A stretch of 64,000 nucleotides of DNA, from positions 2,176,001 through 2,240,000 of the forward strand of contig CBDFLE010000005.1 in the NCBI GenBank assembly GCA_965248925.1, written 5' to 3'. This DNA comes from Candidatus Multivoradales bacterium (lineage in GTDB: Bacteria > Acidobacteriota > Thermoanaerobaculia > Multivoradales > J023). Made by a program: the position numbers and the translations under genes. Shown here in pieces: positions 50,401 to 53,500 of this stretch; the stretch's first letter is position 1, and every line of letters starts with the position of its first letter. The notes below the pieces were generated by a model. It saw nothing but the letters and a program-made list of their open reading frames with translations, was not told the DNA's origin and ran no database searches.

Positions 50401-50534
50401 CCGGACTCTCGCCGCACCGGGATGGTCGCAGCGGGCTGCTCTCGCAAGCGCTTCTGCTGCAACATCTTCAGCAGCAGGCGCCGCTTGGCCTTGGGTAGAC
50501 CTTCAAGGCGATCCAGGGTTCGCGAAGTGGTCAA
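17433..50534 (-). CDS. Terminal non-ribosomal peptide synthetase, 11,033 aa: 10 x (C-A-T) + TE
   Basis: Ten C domains (nine LCL-like HHxxxDGWS; module 2 has ENHAIFDGWS), ten A domains, ten T domains (module 1 GGDS, others GGHS), and a TE (GWSMGG). Codes read by alignment to GrsA: DFWNVGMVHK Thr; DVWHISLIDK Ser-type; DAFFLGVTFK Ile/Val; DLTKIGHVGK Asp; DVNHLSLIEK unknown; DALFIGGTFK Val; DAFFLGVTFK Ile/Val; DILQLGLVWK Gly; DVGDLGLINK twice, unknown. The TTG start overlaps the upstream stop codon. Confidence 0.97.
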   Translation of the reverse strand: MTTSRTLDRLEGLPKAKRRLLLKMLQQKRLREQPAATIPVRRESGPAPLSFTQLRLWFLERLTPGTAVYNIPSPFRLVGRLDVGLLSRSLTVVIERHGILRSRFFEVDGSPVQEIQSRQRIELPQVDLSRLSLQQARRIGEALVAADARRPFDFGAGPPLRVSLVRLAAGEHLVMLTLHHLLTDGWSSEILIREVGSVYLGQQAGEMPALPELPVQYADFAAWQRQQLGAEEMEQELEFWRQALAGAPRFLPLPTDRPRPQEMTYRGATHPFALDRELSVAIEGLAKSLDATVFILLTAAFQALLSRLSGQADVLVGAPVAGRMLAETEPLIGYFANMVVLRGDLSANPNFAELLRQVRSFTVATYDHQGMPFEKLVDDLVVERVLDHTPIFQVVLAVQNSGSESVEGPVAEGDAAMRISALGTATGTAKFDLNLQMHWSSGRLVGSLEYAFDLFEASTISRWTAYFEQLLRGVTEDPAAELGSLRLLSAAERQELLLEWSGSGASYELAGGLWEAFAAVAARCPEALALSYEERSLSYSELRAAAELLAGRLWSAGVRPGDFVGLLLLREVSVVVAILATLRCAAAYVPVDPEVPAERLRFIAEDSGVTALVTTAELRSRLPEVAGTVLEIDAGEPPRAVTESFEAVPSWVAGDPSQAAYVIYTSGSTGGPKGVVVSHRQVLRLMLSTEADFGFGEADVWTLFHSYAFDFSVWEIWGALLYGGRLVVVPYWVSRSPERFLELLSGEGVTVLNQTPSAFRQLIQVAAERPTELALRWVVFGGEALDPSTLLSWVERYGDASPGLVNMYGITETTVHVTYHRLLEAEVRSGFGSRIGRALADLRVYLLDCRGGPVAQGVGGEMVVGGAGVAPGYLGRPSLTATRFVPDPHSGGEGERLYRSGDLARWLAGGELEYLGRIDHQVKVRGFRIELGEIEAALAEHAAVAEAAVLARQEAGAESARLVAWVVPAVGAELELEALRGHLGERLPAYMMPAAFVVLESMPLTANGKLDRGALPEPEAGERLASGAEYVAPRHPTEWILAAVWAEVLGVDRVGVEDNFFALGGDSIFSLRVLARAAEEGVQLSLPDLFRHQTIGALVAALAKDGDAGSRAAEPAARVGPLGLVSESDRRLLPADVEDAYPLSVLQAGMLYHMELTPEDPLYHNVDSWHLRARFEAGPFRRAVARVVARHPVMRTSFHLTGFSKALQLVHRQAELATAILDLRRLTPEQQEARVQALMAAQKRHRFDFTKVPQLRFHVCLRAADSFEFMLTENHAIFDGWSLHSTLAEIFEFYFRLLEGEEPAEPELPSVGYRDFIQLEQQAIRSPEAEEFWRRALEDSPLTEVPRLGLAKAGLRPRMRNVDLDFGPAVSHGLKALGVAVGAPLKSVLLAAHLKALGCVTGQQDVVTGVVWNGRLEERGGDQVRGLFLNTLPFRLHLGAGSWRDLVARTFRRETELLPHRRFPFAVLQRRLHDRPLYEVAFNYIYFHVVQEVLDSGDVEVLGFRKREGADFPLLAHFSRDFESTRVYLSFEYDSHQLTAAQVRGVAEVYRRTLLAMAFTPDDSHSSGELLPPPQRQQVISEWNDTQQRLEGAELSLAELLWRAARRWPERVAIRCGATALSYGELDRRSKCLADRLRAQGIRPESRVGVCLQRSLELVIALHGVLRAGAAYVPLDPEDQQHRLAYMIEDSAVELVLGHSDLLDRLPEDGPAILCFDRPWPETGSQLQPRLAIDDDQLAYVIYTAGLAGQPKGAMISHRAIVNRLLWMQSAFPVGLGDRLLQTAPISFDVSVWEVFWPLLSGAELVLGLPGGQGDGRQLAQLIEQQRITTLHFVPSLLRRFLTASELERRGVSLRRVISSGEALPADLVADFRRRLDCDLHNLYGPTSAAIDVTAWRCGAAEESGAVPIGRPIANLRLDVMTPELQPALIGVAGELHIGGVGLARGYAGRPALTAESFVPDPRPGAWGERLYHTGDVARRRLDGALLLLGRLDSQVSIRGFPIQLSKIEARILEHPKIRAAVVIARQDEPGDRRLVAYGVSDNQLTLDQLLEHLAPDLAEHMLPAAWIQLEELPLLPNGKLDRAALPAPQRFGMLRAVERQLPRTPVEQTIAELWQELLGLDVVGTTESFFELGGHSILATRVISSLRRQFEVDLELRTIFDGPTIRQLAAAVAAGQVGDSLARPPLLALERGDQVPLSFAQQRLWLIDQLDPDSTAYNMPLAVRLRGKLDVAALRSALAAAIERHESLRTVFRSDGPSPVQQILPPTAAGGAVVDLSALEREVANSAAEVCLADVVRRPFDLAHGPLIRALLVRLGDGDHLWAVVMHHIVSDGWSIDILWRELTALYAAASTGRPAPLAPLTVHYADYSIWQRQWLSGELLERQVDYWRRRLAGVARLELPLDRPRPMRRRYPAGGCELRLPEASILRFREHARRVGATDFMAFMGLYQGLLARICGQRDVVVGTPVAGRDQPETEGLIGFFVNTLVLRAELGSDPNLASHLESTRSLALEAYAHREVPFERLVEELEPRRDLSLTPLFQTTFSFDDQGPEEQRAGAVPGIEVEPWSRAEATTKFDLSMTLTVTADGAVVGAQFDRQLFDRVSIQRLLRQFGGLVEAWSEVPALKLSAVPLLAAAERHQLLLEFNDAAATLPPLTLAGCFLEQVRSRPDAAAVSYGERWLSYGELRRRAALLAGSLAGLGVGREDRVGLSVERSPDLLVGMLGIVQAGAAYVPLDPSYPEERLRWMIEDADLSVLVTEQAGATRLPAAGVTVLCLDRDWSAIEAGSAIETGVAAPPASLAYIVYTSGSTGRPKGVAVPQAGILRLLLNTDYLRVGSGERVAQASTASFDAATFELWGPLLGGGQVVGIEQSELLAPDRLARVLRRQRVDHAFLTTSVFNLVARLQPAALATLRTVLFGGEACDPRSVGTVLAASPSLRLLHVYGPTECTTFASWQVVSELPQEGSRTVPIGLPIANTSLHLVGAGGQVAPLGVGGELWIGGQGLARGYWNRPALTAECFVPALFTDLPGQRLYRSGDWLRRQHGGELEFLGRIDQQVKIRGFRIEPSEIAVVLEAEEGVAAAFVLPVGEQADRQLVAFVVPGGDVEAARNDRLERSLSSAVARQLPPYMQPASYVLLPELPLNPNGKIDTAALRRRQLEEVALRGGEASPPRTAVEELLVGLWKEVLGLAEVGVEDDFFALGGHSLMATQLMSRLRETCAVELPLRVLFESPTIRQLAAGVKQARGAGQQAERPPMVALPPAVRRRASFAQERMWLLDQLAPASPLYTIPFEVRLEGAIDPAAMGRAFAAVVSRHEVLRGRLEMGQDALEQVLDEGPVAVLPLIDLSHLEAADRTAIGDCLAAAHRLKVFDLSRGPMLYQSLLRFTPRQHLLLVAMHHIVSDGWSLDILRAELSALYRAFAAGLPSPLEALELQYGDYAGWQRGWLAGEVLEAEIAYWQERLAEAPKMLRLPLDWPRPKVQGHRAGYARLELEATLVEAIEELARTEGATPFMVMLAAYKALLARLTGQADLSVGTPIAGRHHRQLEPLIGFFVNTLVIRSRGVGERAFRSLIRMVREHTLDAHLHQDLPFDKLVEELRPERDRSYTPLFQTLFSFHEANFGALGEAAANAAGEPGNYAADAYGVATGWAKFDLKMTVNSGPSWQCELEYDRDLFSAETVEGWLARFERLLRALISDPALLPVEVDLLSRGERHTLLEEWNDTGSVQPSRQLHQWVEAHAAERPQAIAVVAADTQLSYGEFDRRANQLARFLRRRGVGPEVPVALWLERSSSMVVALLAVLKAGGAYLPIDPRQPLARVAAILDEAANPLLLSAAELVDGLPPGVRRAAVVIDACWQEFEDFDGGVLEPVGELGGDALAYVIFTSGSSGLPKGVQVGHAQLMGYCWAVIERLQLRHCRSYAMVSTFGADLGNTMLFPALVNGAVLHVLPYQTVTDAAAFESYFQRHPIDCLKIVPTHLAELLKGDRPADALPRRRLILGGEASTWELWAELERLAPECLLINHYGPSETTVGVLTSQSPRGGGSAAVPIGRPLPGCRAYVLDRWLRPVAPGIAGELALAGGLLARGYGGSPALTAARFVPDPFAAHPGGRLYRSGDLTRHSAAGEIEILGRIDQQLKIRGFRVELGEIERTLESLAAVRSAVVLAAVEEGSTPRLLAFVVPAEPLAQRPSENDQRSTLDSLRGALEVALPVYMLPTAYRLLDELPLTANGKLNRRALLALEPLENARLEAPRTALEQVLSEIWSEVLERPTVAIGENFFELGGHSLVAVRLLNRVEQELGRAVPLASLFEHPTIAGLAATLESRGVAEEDGWELQLEPLIGSLAAARGQSQPAQLSYAQERLWFLHLMEPDSPAYNMPYSVGLEGGLALGALRRAVYELLRRHQVLRSRFPITSQGRPSVCVDPPSAVGLTCIDLSRLRSPAGDRQADRIAAQQASAALDLERGPTSRWQVLRIDQQRHRLLITLHHILSDGWSMSVLERELEELYQSFAAGDPPVLEEPRLQYSDFASWQRRWLSGERLERLLSYWRQRLAGAPERLELPTDRRRPAVQTFRGAGIASSLSATSFDRLKSFAQRSRVTTFTVALSVLAMLLSRLSGQRDVVVGLPVAGRRHRQVEDLIGLFVNVVVARVQCAPNDCFAAIVAQVRELLVEAQDHQDLPFERLVEELQPNRSLAFPPLFQVLMNFSAEARVRSAVDAARQLAEPPADGLEVQGSDGAVAATAKFDLTFAAAEHGTQLGCELEYNTDLYDDVTAQRWLTYYRELLTNSLADPTRALAELALWRPAERHQVLIEQLDTEVVFEAAEGCVHELISSRAVANPDALALVSERAALSYGELERCSESLAQRLRDLGVGRETRVGICAERSVELVVGLLAIWKAGAAYLPLDPGDPQERLEFMLDDSDVDVVLSQSKWASRWASERQLVLLDSAASPSAALRVPALQRPDPDQLAYVIYTSGSTGRPKGVMNSHRGVVNRLLWGQTTMPLVAADRWLQKTPVTFDVSVNELFWPLIAGATLYLARPEAHGDAEYLKRTLARWRITHVHFVPSMMSAFLASADIERHCASLRGVLASGEALSAELLSSYRRRLGSVPLHNLYGPTEASIEVTAWTCTAEDVEAGVPIGRPIANLRTHLVDGELWPVPLGVVGELCLAGVGLARGYGGLAARTATSFVPNPWARVAGERLYRTGDLVSSRTDGVIDYLRRIDHQVKVRGFRIELGEIECLLKGAPGVARAVAVVRRHDTLGNRIFAYVVPSPALPSSGSAGDLRSSLLDVLEQHLPPYMVPTGIAVLSELPLLANGKLDRQALPDVGEPVAAELMSSPRDAVEMEVVEIYQKLLGRSAVGIHQSFFELGGHSLVAVRLQAQIQQRFEQDLPLASFFEHATVASLAEVLRQGSTGEPAWALPPLVLMAADQRRTLSFAQRRLWLLDRLDPGSPTYNMAYAVDLGEAVDRPALGWAWHQVLRRHEVLRSRFPEVADEPSVEIEPLPAAYAVPLVDLAGLEPRDGQLQAGRWASELARRPFDLQAGGLLRWTLLSLGGSGYRLLVSMHHIVSDGWSLGLLQQELTEFYRGAVSGRAPRWVELPIHYGDYAAWQQQWLSGDLLESEIDYWRQRLDGAAEFLELPADRPRGGLMRSRSAACTRQISAAVTTDVLAFAHQNRATPFILTLAVFQLLLGRYTGMLDFSVGTPISGRHRHELHHLIGLFVNTLVMRAQWAPGDTFEELFLRLRAEVLQAHQHQDLPFDLLVQELRPERALGRTPLFQAMFTYSAAAANAEAPADDGAATNPGGLDTVSSGLAKFEWSLQVAEVGGHFSCLLEYDREIFDRSTAARFLGHFENLLGQVVQRPTQTLAAIDLLAAAERHQLLVEHNDTRSWIERDLSISQLLAQHSARQPQAIVASYGDASLSFAELDRRASLVAGALQRRGVGLESRVGLSIERSLELLVAMVGVLKAGAAYVPLDPGYPAERLRLMMSDVGVSVLVTSEDLLERLPTAAIEVLCLDRDWPEIEAGEAVDRSAEVQPAQLAYIMFTSGSTGQPKGVAIPHLAILRLVRNTDYVDPRAGERTAQASTASFDAATLEFWMPLLNGGQLVGIDSQVLVSPQRLADSLARLRIDHMFLTTSVFNLLIRDRPAAFRGLQTLIYGGEAADPRAVRAAHQALPEVRLVNGYGPTECTTFAACFKLLQAPTASAVTVPIGRPIANTSLHVLDAVGRPVVLGVAGQLSIGGDGLARGYWCHPAATAARFVPDPFAGQAGERLYRTGDLVRRGSGGELEYLGRLDHQVKIRGFRIELGEIEALLEELDEVSQAVAIVRDHEVLGQRIYAYVIAALDQALDPSSLALGELQSWLEERLPGYMIPAALTQLDELPLTPNGKLDRAALPSVEDEVGVDLVAPRNALERRLVELFEELFAVRPIGVQQSFFDLGGHSLVAVRLINRINFELGTELPLAALFEQPTAAGLAATITAIEGPSAASLPPLVPAVDDQHGPTLSFAQRRMWLLDRLDPGSPIYNMSFAVDLDGNLDRPILGRAFHQVLSRHQVLRSRYPEVADRPTVEIVPLPEAYPVPLVDLAGLASTDGRREAARWAAQEARQPFDLTAGPVLRWTVLSLSQSVHRLLVSMHHIVSDGWSMELLQRELEELYSSAVDGRLAALAELPIQYADYAAWQQDWLSGPLLESEVDFWRQRLAEAPDLLGLPTDRPRRGLRRAAAAVVRRRLPADLAAAALEFARGGQSTPFILTLAVFQLLLGRHSGQLDISVGTPIAGRQRQELQPLIGFFVNTLVLRSRWSVAESFEQLFQRVREAVLEAHQHQDLPFDRLVQELRPERVLGRTPLFQTMFTYRARDSYELAGGPAGGSGLDLTRRGRMATLDSGLAKFDWTFQVEASEDSLSCTLQYAKDLFDAATVARFLGHFETLLEAAVSSPARPLAGLPWLTRGERHQLLLEVDEGSSTGSGWESVGALFLRQVNLRPAAVAASYGGEFLTYGELDRRSSLLAAGLLRRGIGVEDRVGLSVERSLELLVGMVGILKAGGLYVPLDPTYPEERLRFMLQDTGVAALVTEQRLLQRLPSDDLEVICLDRDWPWLEAQQGATLAAQVEPANLAYIIFTSGSTGRPKGVAISHAAILRLVRDSNYLQVGPAERLAQASTASFDAATFEIWGALLNGGEVVGIEPRSLASAEQLGGVLERRRVEHLFLTTAVFNLVARELPRAFAGLSTLLFGGEACDPRAVRRVRASAERLRLLHVYGPTECTTFASWYPVLRVAEQATSTVPIGRPISSTSLRVLDPREPVALGVAGELLIGGVGLARGYWKRPGLTAARFVPDPHADVPGQRLYRSGDLVRRLPSGDLEFVGRSDRQVKVRGFRIELEEIEARLLALPGIAEAVVVVRHHDTLGKQVLAYVVASAVASESISVEGLRRSLLESLPSYMVPAALTRLDALPLTAVGKLDRGALPEPQMIGGEDSVAPRDALEGRLVALFEEVLDQRPIGVLQDFFELGGHSLVAVRLLNRIRRELNEELPLALLFEYPTVAGLAEAIRRAQCDGAAGAVGRPVVPAVPELLPAAAGEEIPPSFAQERLWFLHRFEPASAAYNMPFSVLLDGPANPAALGRAITAILLRHEVLRSRFPGSSEGRPRVVVEALPKAVLGQLDLSALSGSDRSLAAARWAAAEARRPFELERGPVTRWTLLRLAEDRHRLLVTLHHIVADGWSIGILESELGDLYQAFSAGRPSPLAELPVSYGDFAIWQRRWLDGEILDRQLDYWRRALDGAPAQIELPTDRPRPAVQTFRGAGIAKVMDRRAADELARCARQHGASRLMVGLASLLALLYRLSGQRDLSVGLPVAGRRREELEPLIGLFVNTLVVRARLAPGLSFESLVGQVRESVLGAQDHQDLPFEKLVEELQPERSLAHSPLFQVMMLYSAESTAGATEGGGDAGQQTVQTSSSSSTTAKFDLTFGLSEQPNEVSYGWEYNTDLYDAVTPRRWLAYYQRFLGGALDDPRRSLDELPLLARAERHQLVVEWVARAVDRRHAPSLPELLAAQAERTPEAVAVRCAGRMLTYGELRARSLGLAGELLELGVRPEQRVGLCVERSVDMLVALWAILDTGAAYVPLDPGFPTHRLAQVVANARPSLIVTERACVERLPAVEIRHWLLDDSIPRAASDAVMLPPKAAQSLAYVIYTSGSTGRPKGVQVSHGALLNFLTSMRRRPGLTAGDTLLAVTTLSFDIAVLELFLPLMVGAQVELVESADAADGARLQELLRGRGVTTMQATPATWRLLLESGWEGSPRLSALCGGEALSADLARRLLPRVGSLWNLYGPTETTVWSSIERIAEVAGSLSIGRAIDNTSLRVLDRTLEVQAIGLEGELYIGGDGVTRGYFGAPALSAECFVPDPFSEHPGARLYRAGDLARRRTDGRLDFLGRDDRQVKLRGYRIELGDIEACLVQSPQVREAVVAVRGEGATGAQLVAWVTTEGAVDGDRLRQFATEHLPGYMVPAVFMQLEALPLLPNGKLDRAALPEPEQQVGRYSAPRSLPEMRMAEFWSGLLGIDEIGRDADFFALGGHSLLATQLVVRIRQSFAVELPIRAVFEQPVLAGLSAEVLAAQTADAASLAPIERLGGTPELSFAQRRLWFLDRLQPGSAAYNMPFAVRLEGPVSVAGLTFAYREVQRRHDVLRSRFPEIDGEPELRLAEDPAAVLPLVDLSGLAAEQRQQEGQWRVRFEAALPFDLGSGPVFRALLLRLEPESHQLLVNMHHIVSDGWSVDLLRRELEVLYQQAVDGSPRGLPALPVQYVDYAAWQRDWLTGSRLEAELAYWRERLAGAPRQLQLPVDRPRQGLHQSLAAARRRVLPAALSSAIHQLSRRYRSTPFIVLLATFQLLLGRYGGRLDVSVGSLIAGRHRREIEELIGFFVNTLVLRARWRSSESFATLLGRVRDQVLEAHDHQDLPFEMLVQELQPERALGRTPLFQAMFTYVAEGGSGEPPVGDGEAGSNAVLSSQPVPLSNGLAKFDWTLQVEERGPELICDLEYDRGLFDPTTAARFLSHFERLAECIAEQPDNATGSLPLLAAAERHQLAQEWNGSAVVRVEDEIPLQQRVAAWAERTPAAVAVVDQQGQLSYAELHRRAIALATRLQTAGVDLEQVVGLYVERSREMVVGALAVLYAGGAYLPIDPSTPDQRVAFILADSPVRIVLASPDLAERLPASVLTWPLADAGAGGGDGDRLPIAGREPENLAYVIYTSGSTGVPKGVGVTLRSLANLVGWCGEDLGFAPGEHIAQAAGVAFDVAAGEIWGSLCHGACLHIVPEALRLSPADLQRWLLAERITVADLPTAIMEVLLDDPWPDSGSLRMLLAGGDRLRLPGPIPGGWQLFNLYGPTEATINASWAKVRFEPGRLPPIGRPLANYHLSVLDRQLERQPVGVPGELCIEGLGLARGYLHRPALTAASFVPVPQGGQAGERMYRTGDLVRYRAEGELDFLGRIDHQVKIRGFRIELGEIEALLEAAEQVSQAVAVVRDHEVLGRRIYAYVVAAADQSADPSRLAIAELRDRLAARLPDFMVPAALTQLEELPLTPNGKLDRAALPEPEQQVGRYSAPRSLPEMRMAEFWSGLLGIDEIGRDADFFALGGHSLLATQLVVRIRQSFAVELPIRAVFEQPVLAGLSAEVLAAQTADAASLAPIERLGGTPELSFAQRRLWFLDRLQPGSAAYNMPFAVRLEGPVSVAGLTFAYREVQRRHDVLRSRFPEIDGEPELRLAEDPAAVLPLVDLSGLAAEQRQQEGQWRVRFEAALPFDLGSGPVFRALLLRLEPESHQLLVNMHHIVSDGWSVDLLRRELEVLYQQAVDGSPRGLPALPVQYVDYAAWQRDWLTGSRLEAELAYWRERLAGAPRQLQLPVDRPRQGLHQSLAAARRRVLPAALSSAIHQLSRRYRSTPFIVLLATFQLLLGRYGGRLDVSVGSLIAGRHRREIEELIGFFVNTLVLRARWRSSESFATLLGRVRDQVLEAHDHQDLPFEMLVQELQPERALGRTPLFQAMFTYVAEGGSGEPPVGDGEAGSNAVLSSQPVPLSNGLAKFDWTLQVEERGPELICDLEYDRGLFDPTTAARFLSHFERLAECIAEQPDNATGSLPLLAAAERHQLAQEWNGSAVVRVEDEIPLQQRVAAWAERTPAAVAVVDQQGQLSYAELHRRAIALATRLQTAGVDLEQVVGLYVERSREMVVGALAVLYAGGAYLPIDPSTPDQRVAFILADSPVRIVLASPDLAERLPASVLTWPLADAGAGGGDGDRLPIAGREPENLAYVIYTSGSTGVPKGVGVTLRSLANLVGWCGEDLGFAPGEHIAQAAGVAFDVAAGEIWGSLCHGACLHIVPEALRLSPADLQRWLLAERITVADLPTAIMEVLLDDPWPDSGSLRMLLAGGDRLRLPGPIPGGWQLFNLYGPTEATINASWAKVRFEPGRLPPIGRPLANYHLSVLDRQLERQPVGVPGELCIEGLGLARGYLHRPALTAASFVPVPQGGQAGERMYRTGDLVRYRAEGELDFLGRIDHQVKIRGFRIELGEIEALLEAAEQVSQAVAVVRDHEVLGRRIYAYVVAAADQSADPSRLAIAELRDRLAARLPDFMVPAALTQLEELPLTPNGKLDRAALPEPELVSSATYGAPRSALERCLVGLFEELLQIPTVGVEQSFFELGGHSLLAVRLLAMIDRELGVEVPLAALFEHPTVALLATLVTAPEQPVSGSPLVRLHRDGTGPPIFWVHPIGGTVFCYLDLAAALPGQPSYGLRVVEGVVAAQPSSVSAMAASYLASLETVQPGGPYRLAGWSMGGVVAFEMARQLQQQGRQVEFLALLDSFVETSADSRPLVDDATLLRLFVSDLLGLAGESLDVDGLDLPTGSITEVKVAELIVRLVASGQIPAEIGPRLGGRLFSIFRRNIKALESYRPGPYSGTVNLFRASDRPGRMADPAANWRSLAARLTVRDVAGTHHSMLRPPQLADLALKLRQLLSFDPLTSSTSEDWK
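17470..18230 (-). other. Type I thioesterase (release) domain of the NRPS
   Basis: PIFWVHPIGG, GPYRLAGWSMGG (catalytic Ser), LALLDS and GTHHSML. Confidence 0.9.
18536..24956. repeat. Near-perfect tandem duplication, 3,189-bp unit (T-C-A; 1,063 codons) x2 plus 43 bp
   Basis: Sequence at 18536 recurs at 21725, and again for 43 bp at 24914-24956. ORF-track entries repeat with a 3,189 offset (e.g. 18707/21896, 19389/22578). One difference was spotted: C18654 vs T21843 (synonymous Arg). Confidence 0.95.
45820..47130 (-). other. CmodAA-type (dehydrating) condensation domain, module 2
   Basis: EDAYPLSVLQAGMLYH...YHNV, RHPVMRTSFHLTGFSKALQLVH, ENHAIFDGWS and GLFLNTLPFRL. It follows a Thr A domain and a GGDS T domain with no E domain. 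Confidence 0.8.
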
Positions 50535-53500
50535 CTCTGCTCTCCTCTATCGTGGCCTGCACCGGTTTCAGCTTCCAACAATCGCAGTGCCTCCTCGTCA
50601 TCCATCGACTCGAGCAGTTCTAACAAATCGTCAACTTGAGTCTCGCCAGCCTCTTCGATCAGCCGCTGGTCGAGATAACTGGCCAGCTGCGCCAGCTGGG
50701 AGCGGGCGAAGATCTCCCGCACCGCGACCTCGACCCCACAAGCCGAACGAATCCTGGCCACCATCCGCATGGCCAGCAGCGAGTGTCCGCCAAGAGCGAA
50801 GAAATCATGCCGCGAGCCGATCTCCTCCTTCCCCAGCAACTCACTCCAGATCTCTGCCAGCATCTCCTCCGATGGCGAGGAGGGTTGCACGTAGATCACC
50901 TCGTCAGCGACGCCGCCAGCCAGCGGCCGCTCGACCAGGGCTCGGCGATCGATCTTGCGACTGGCGGTCCGCGGCAGAACCTCCACCGCCTCGATACGAG
51001 TGGGTACCAGGTATTCGGGTAGCGCCTGCCGCAGCCAATCCGCGAGCTCTGCGGGAGCTACCTGGTCAGCGACGAAGAAAGCCACCAATTGCAGGCCGAC
51101 AGCGGCGGCCGGCCGAGCCACGACGGCCGCTTCCGCCACCGCCGGATGGTCGAGCAGACGGCCCTCGATCTCCTCTGGCTCGATGCGCATTCCGTTGATC
51201 TTGAGCTGCTGATCAATCCGACCGAGGAACTCGAGTCGACCGTCACTGAGCACCCGGACCAGATCCCCGGTGCGGTAGAGGCGCCCGCCGGGCCGGTCGC
51301 CGAGAGCGTTCGGCACGAGCTGAAGCGCGGTGACCGCCGGACGAGCGATGTAGCCGCGCGCCAGACACCGACCACTGATCACCAGCTCCCCGGCAGCGCC
51401 TATCGGCAGCGGACGAAGGTCTCGGCCAACGACCTCGACCCGCATATCTCCCCCCGGCCGCCCCAGCGGCACCGTGCTACCACTGCCGCGCCCCCCGGTC
51501 GAGCAGCATAGGGCGGTGACGTAGACCGCCGCCTCGGTCGGCCCGTAGAGATTGATCAGCTCGACTCCAGGCAGCAGCTCGGCGCAACGTTCACGCAGGC
51601 TCTCCGGGAGCGCTTCCCCACCGCTGATCAGCTTGCGCAAGGAAGTGCAGCGACCGATCTCCGGCTCGTCGAGCAGCAGACCGAGCTGTGACGGAACCAG
51701 CTGCAGCACCGTCGCTCGGCAGCTCTGCAGGTGACCCACCAGGCTGACCAGATCTCGGTGCCCGTCGGCCGGCGCGATCTCGACCGTCAGGCCGAGCAGC
51801 AGCGGCCCGAACAGCTCCAGGATCGAGACGTCGAACACCATCGGCGTCTTCAGGACTACCCGGTCCGCGACCTCGACTATGCCGCGGCGATGTAGCCAAC
51901 GCAGGAAATTGAGCACCGCGAAGTGCGGCACCATGACCCCTTTTGGCCGTCCGGTAGAGCCCGAGGTGTAGATCACGTAGGCAAGCCGGGCGGCGGCGCA
52001 GCGGTCCTCCAACGGCTTGTCGGAATAGGCGTCAATGGCGTCCGCATCGCGCCGCAGGTCAATCCGCTGAACCTCGAGGTCGGCCAGTAACCGCCCCTCG
52101 TCCCCGGCGGTGAGGACGACTTCGATCCCGGCATCTCGCAACTGGGTTTCGAGGCGCTCTCGGGGGGTCGCGGCGGCCAGCGGTACGTAGGCGCCACCGC
52201 TCTTGAGAATCGCCAGAGTGGCGACCGGCAGCTCCAGACAGCGCGCCATCAGCAACCCCACGCGGGCCTCGGCGACGACCCCCTCCGCGCGTAGCCGGCG
52301 AGCCAGCCGATTGGCCGCAGCATCCAGCTGGCGATAGCTCAGCTCGGTATCAGCGAAGCGAAGGGCGCTGCGCTCGGGGTTACTAGCCGCCTGCACGGCA
52401 AACAGCCCGTGCAGGGTCGCCTCGGCGTCGTCCGTTTGCCCGCAGGCGGTATCGTTCCACTCCTGGAGCAGCTGTTGAAGCTCGCTGGCGGCGAGCACCG
52501 GAAGTGCGCTCAGCGGTCGTTGGGGATCTATCAAGGCGGCGCCGAGCAGCGCTTGCAAATGATGCGCGAAACGGCTGGCGGTAGTGCTGTCGAAGAGGTC
52601 GGTATTGTAGACCAACGAACCACCCACCGCCCGGCCATCATCCAACACCCCGAAGCTGAGGTCGAATTGGGCGTCGACCCTGGCACCGTCCAGCGGTCGC
52701 ACTTCGACCTCCCCCAGGTCGAGTTCCAGGGGTTCGGTCTGCTCGAAGTTGATCAATGCCTGGACCAGGGGCGAACGACTCAGATCACGGGCCGGCTGAA
52801 GCGCCTCGACGAGCTTTTCGAAGGGCAAGTCTTGGTGGGCCGAGGCCTGCAAGGTGGCCTCCCGACAACGCCGAACCAAGGTCTCGAAGGATGGATCTTC
52901 AGCCAGGTCGGCGCGCAGCACCAGGGTGTTGACGAAACAGCCGATCAGCCCTTCTGTGGCGAGCTGCGAGCGCCCCGCCACCGGCGCACCGACCAGGAAG
53001 TCCAGGGCTCCGCCAAAACGTGATAGCAGGGCTTCGAAAGCGGCCAGCAGAGCGATGAAGAGAGTGGCGTGCCGGCGGCGGCAGAATTCGCGTAGCGCCG
53101 CGCTGGTCTCCCCGGACAAGCCGAATCCGGCCTGTGCACCGCGGTGGGTCATTACCCTGGGCCGCGGTCGGTCGGTGATCAAAGGCAAGGCCATCGGCGC
53201 ACCATCGAGCATCATCTGCCAACCTTGCACCAGCGTCGCCAGGGGTTGGTCGCGTAACCAGCCGCGCTGCCAGGCGGCGTAGTCGGCATATTGCAGCGGC
53301 AAGGGAGCCCAACTCGGCTGCTCTCCTGTCCGAGCCGCCCGGTAAGCGGCGCTCAGCTCGCGCAGCAAAATCTCCTCAGACCAGCCGTCGGTAACGATGT
53401 GGTGGAGGCCGAGCAACACGGCGTGCTCGCGGTGGTCAAGCCGCAACACCAGCGGACGCAGCAGCGGCCCCTGATCGAGAGCGTACGGATAAGCCAGCAG

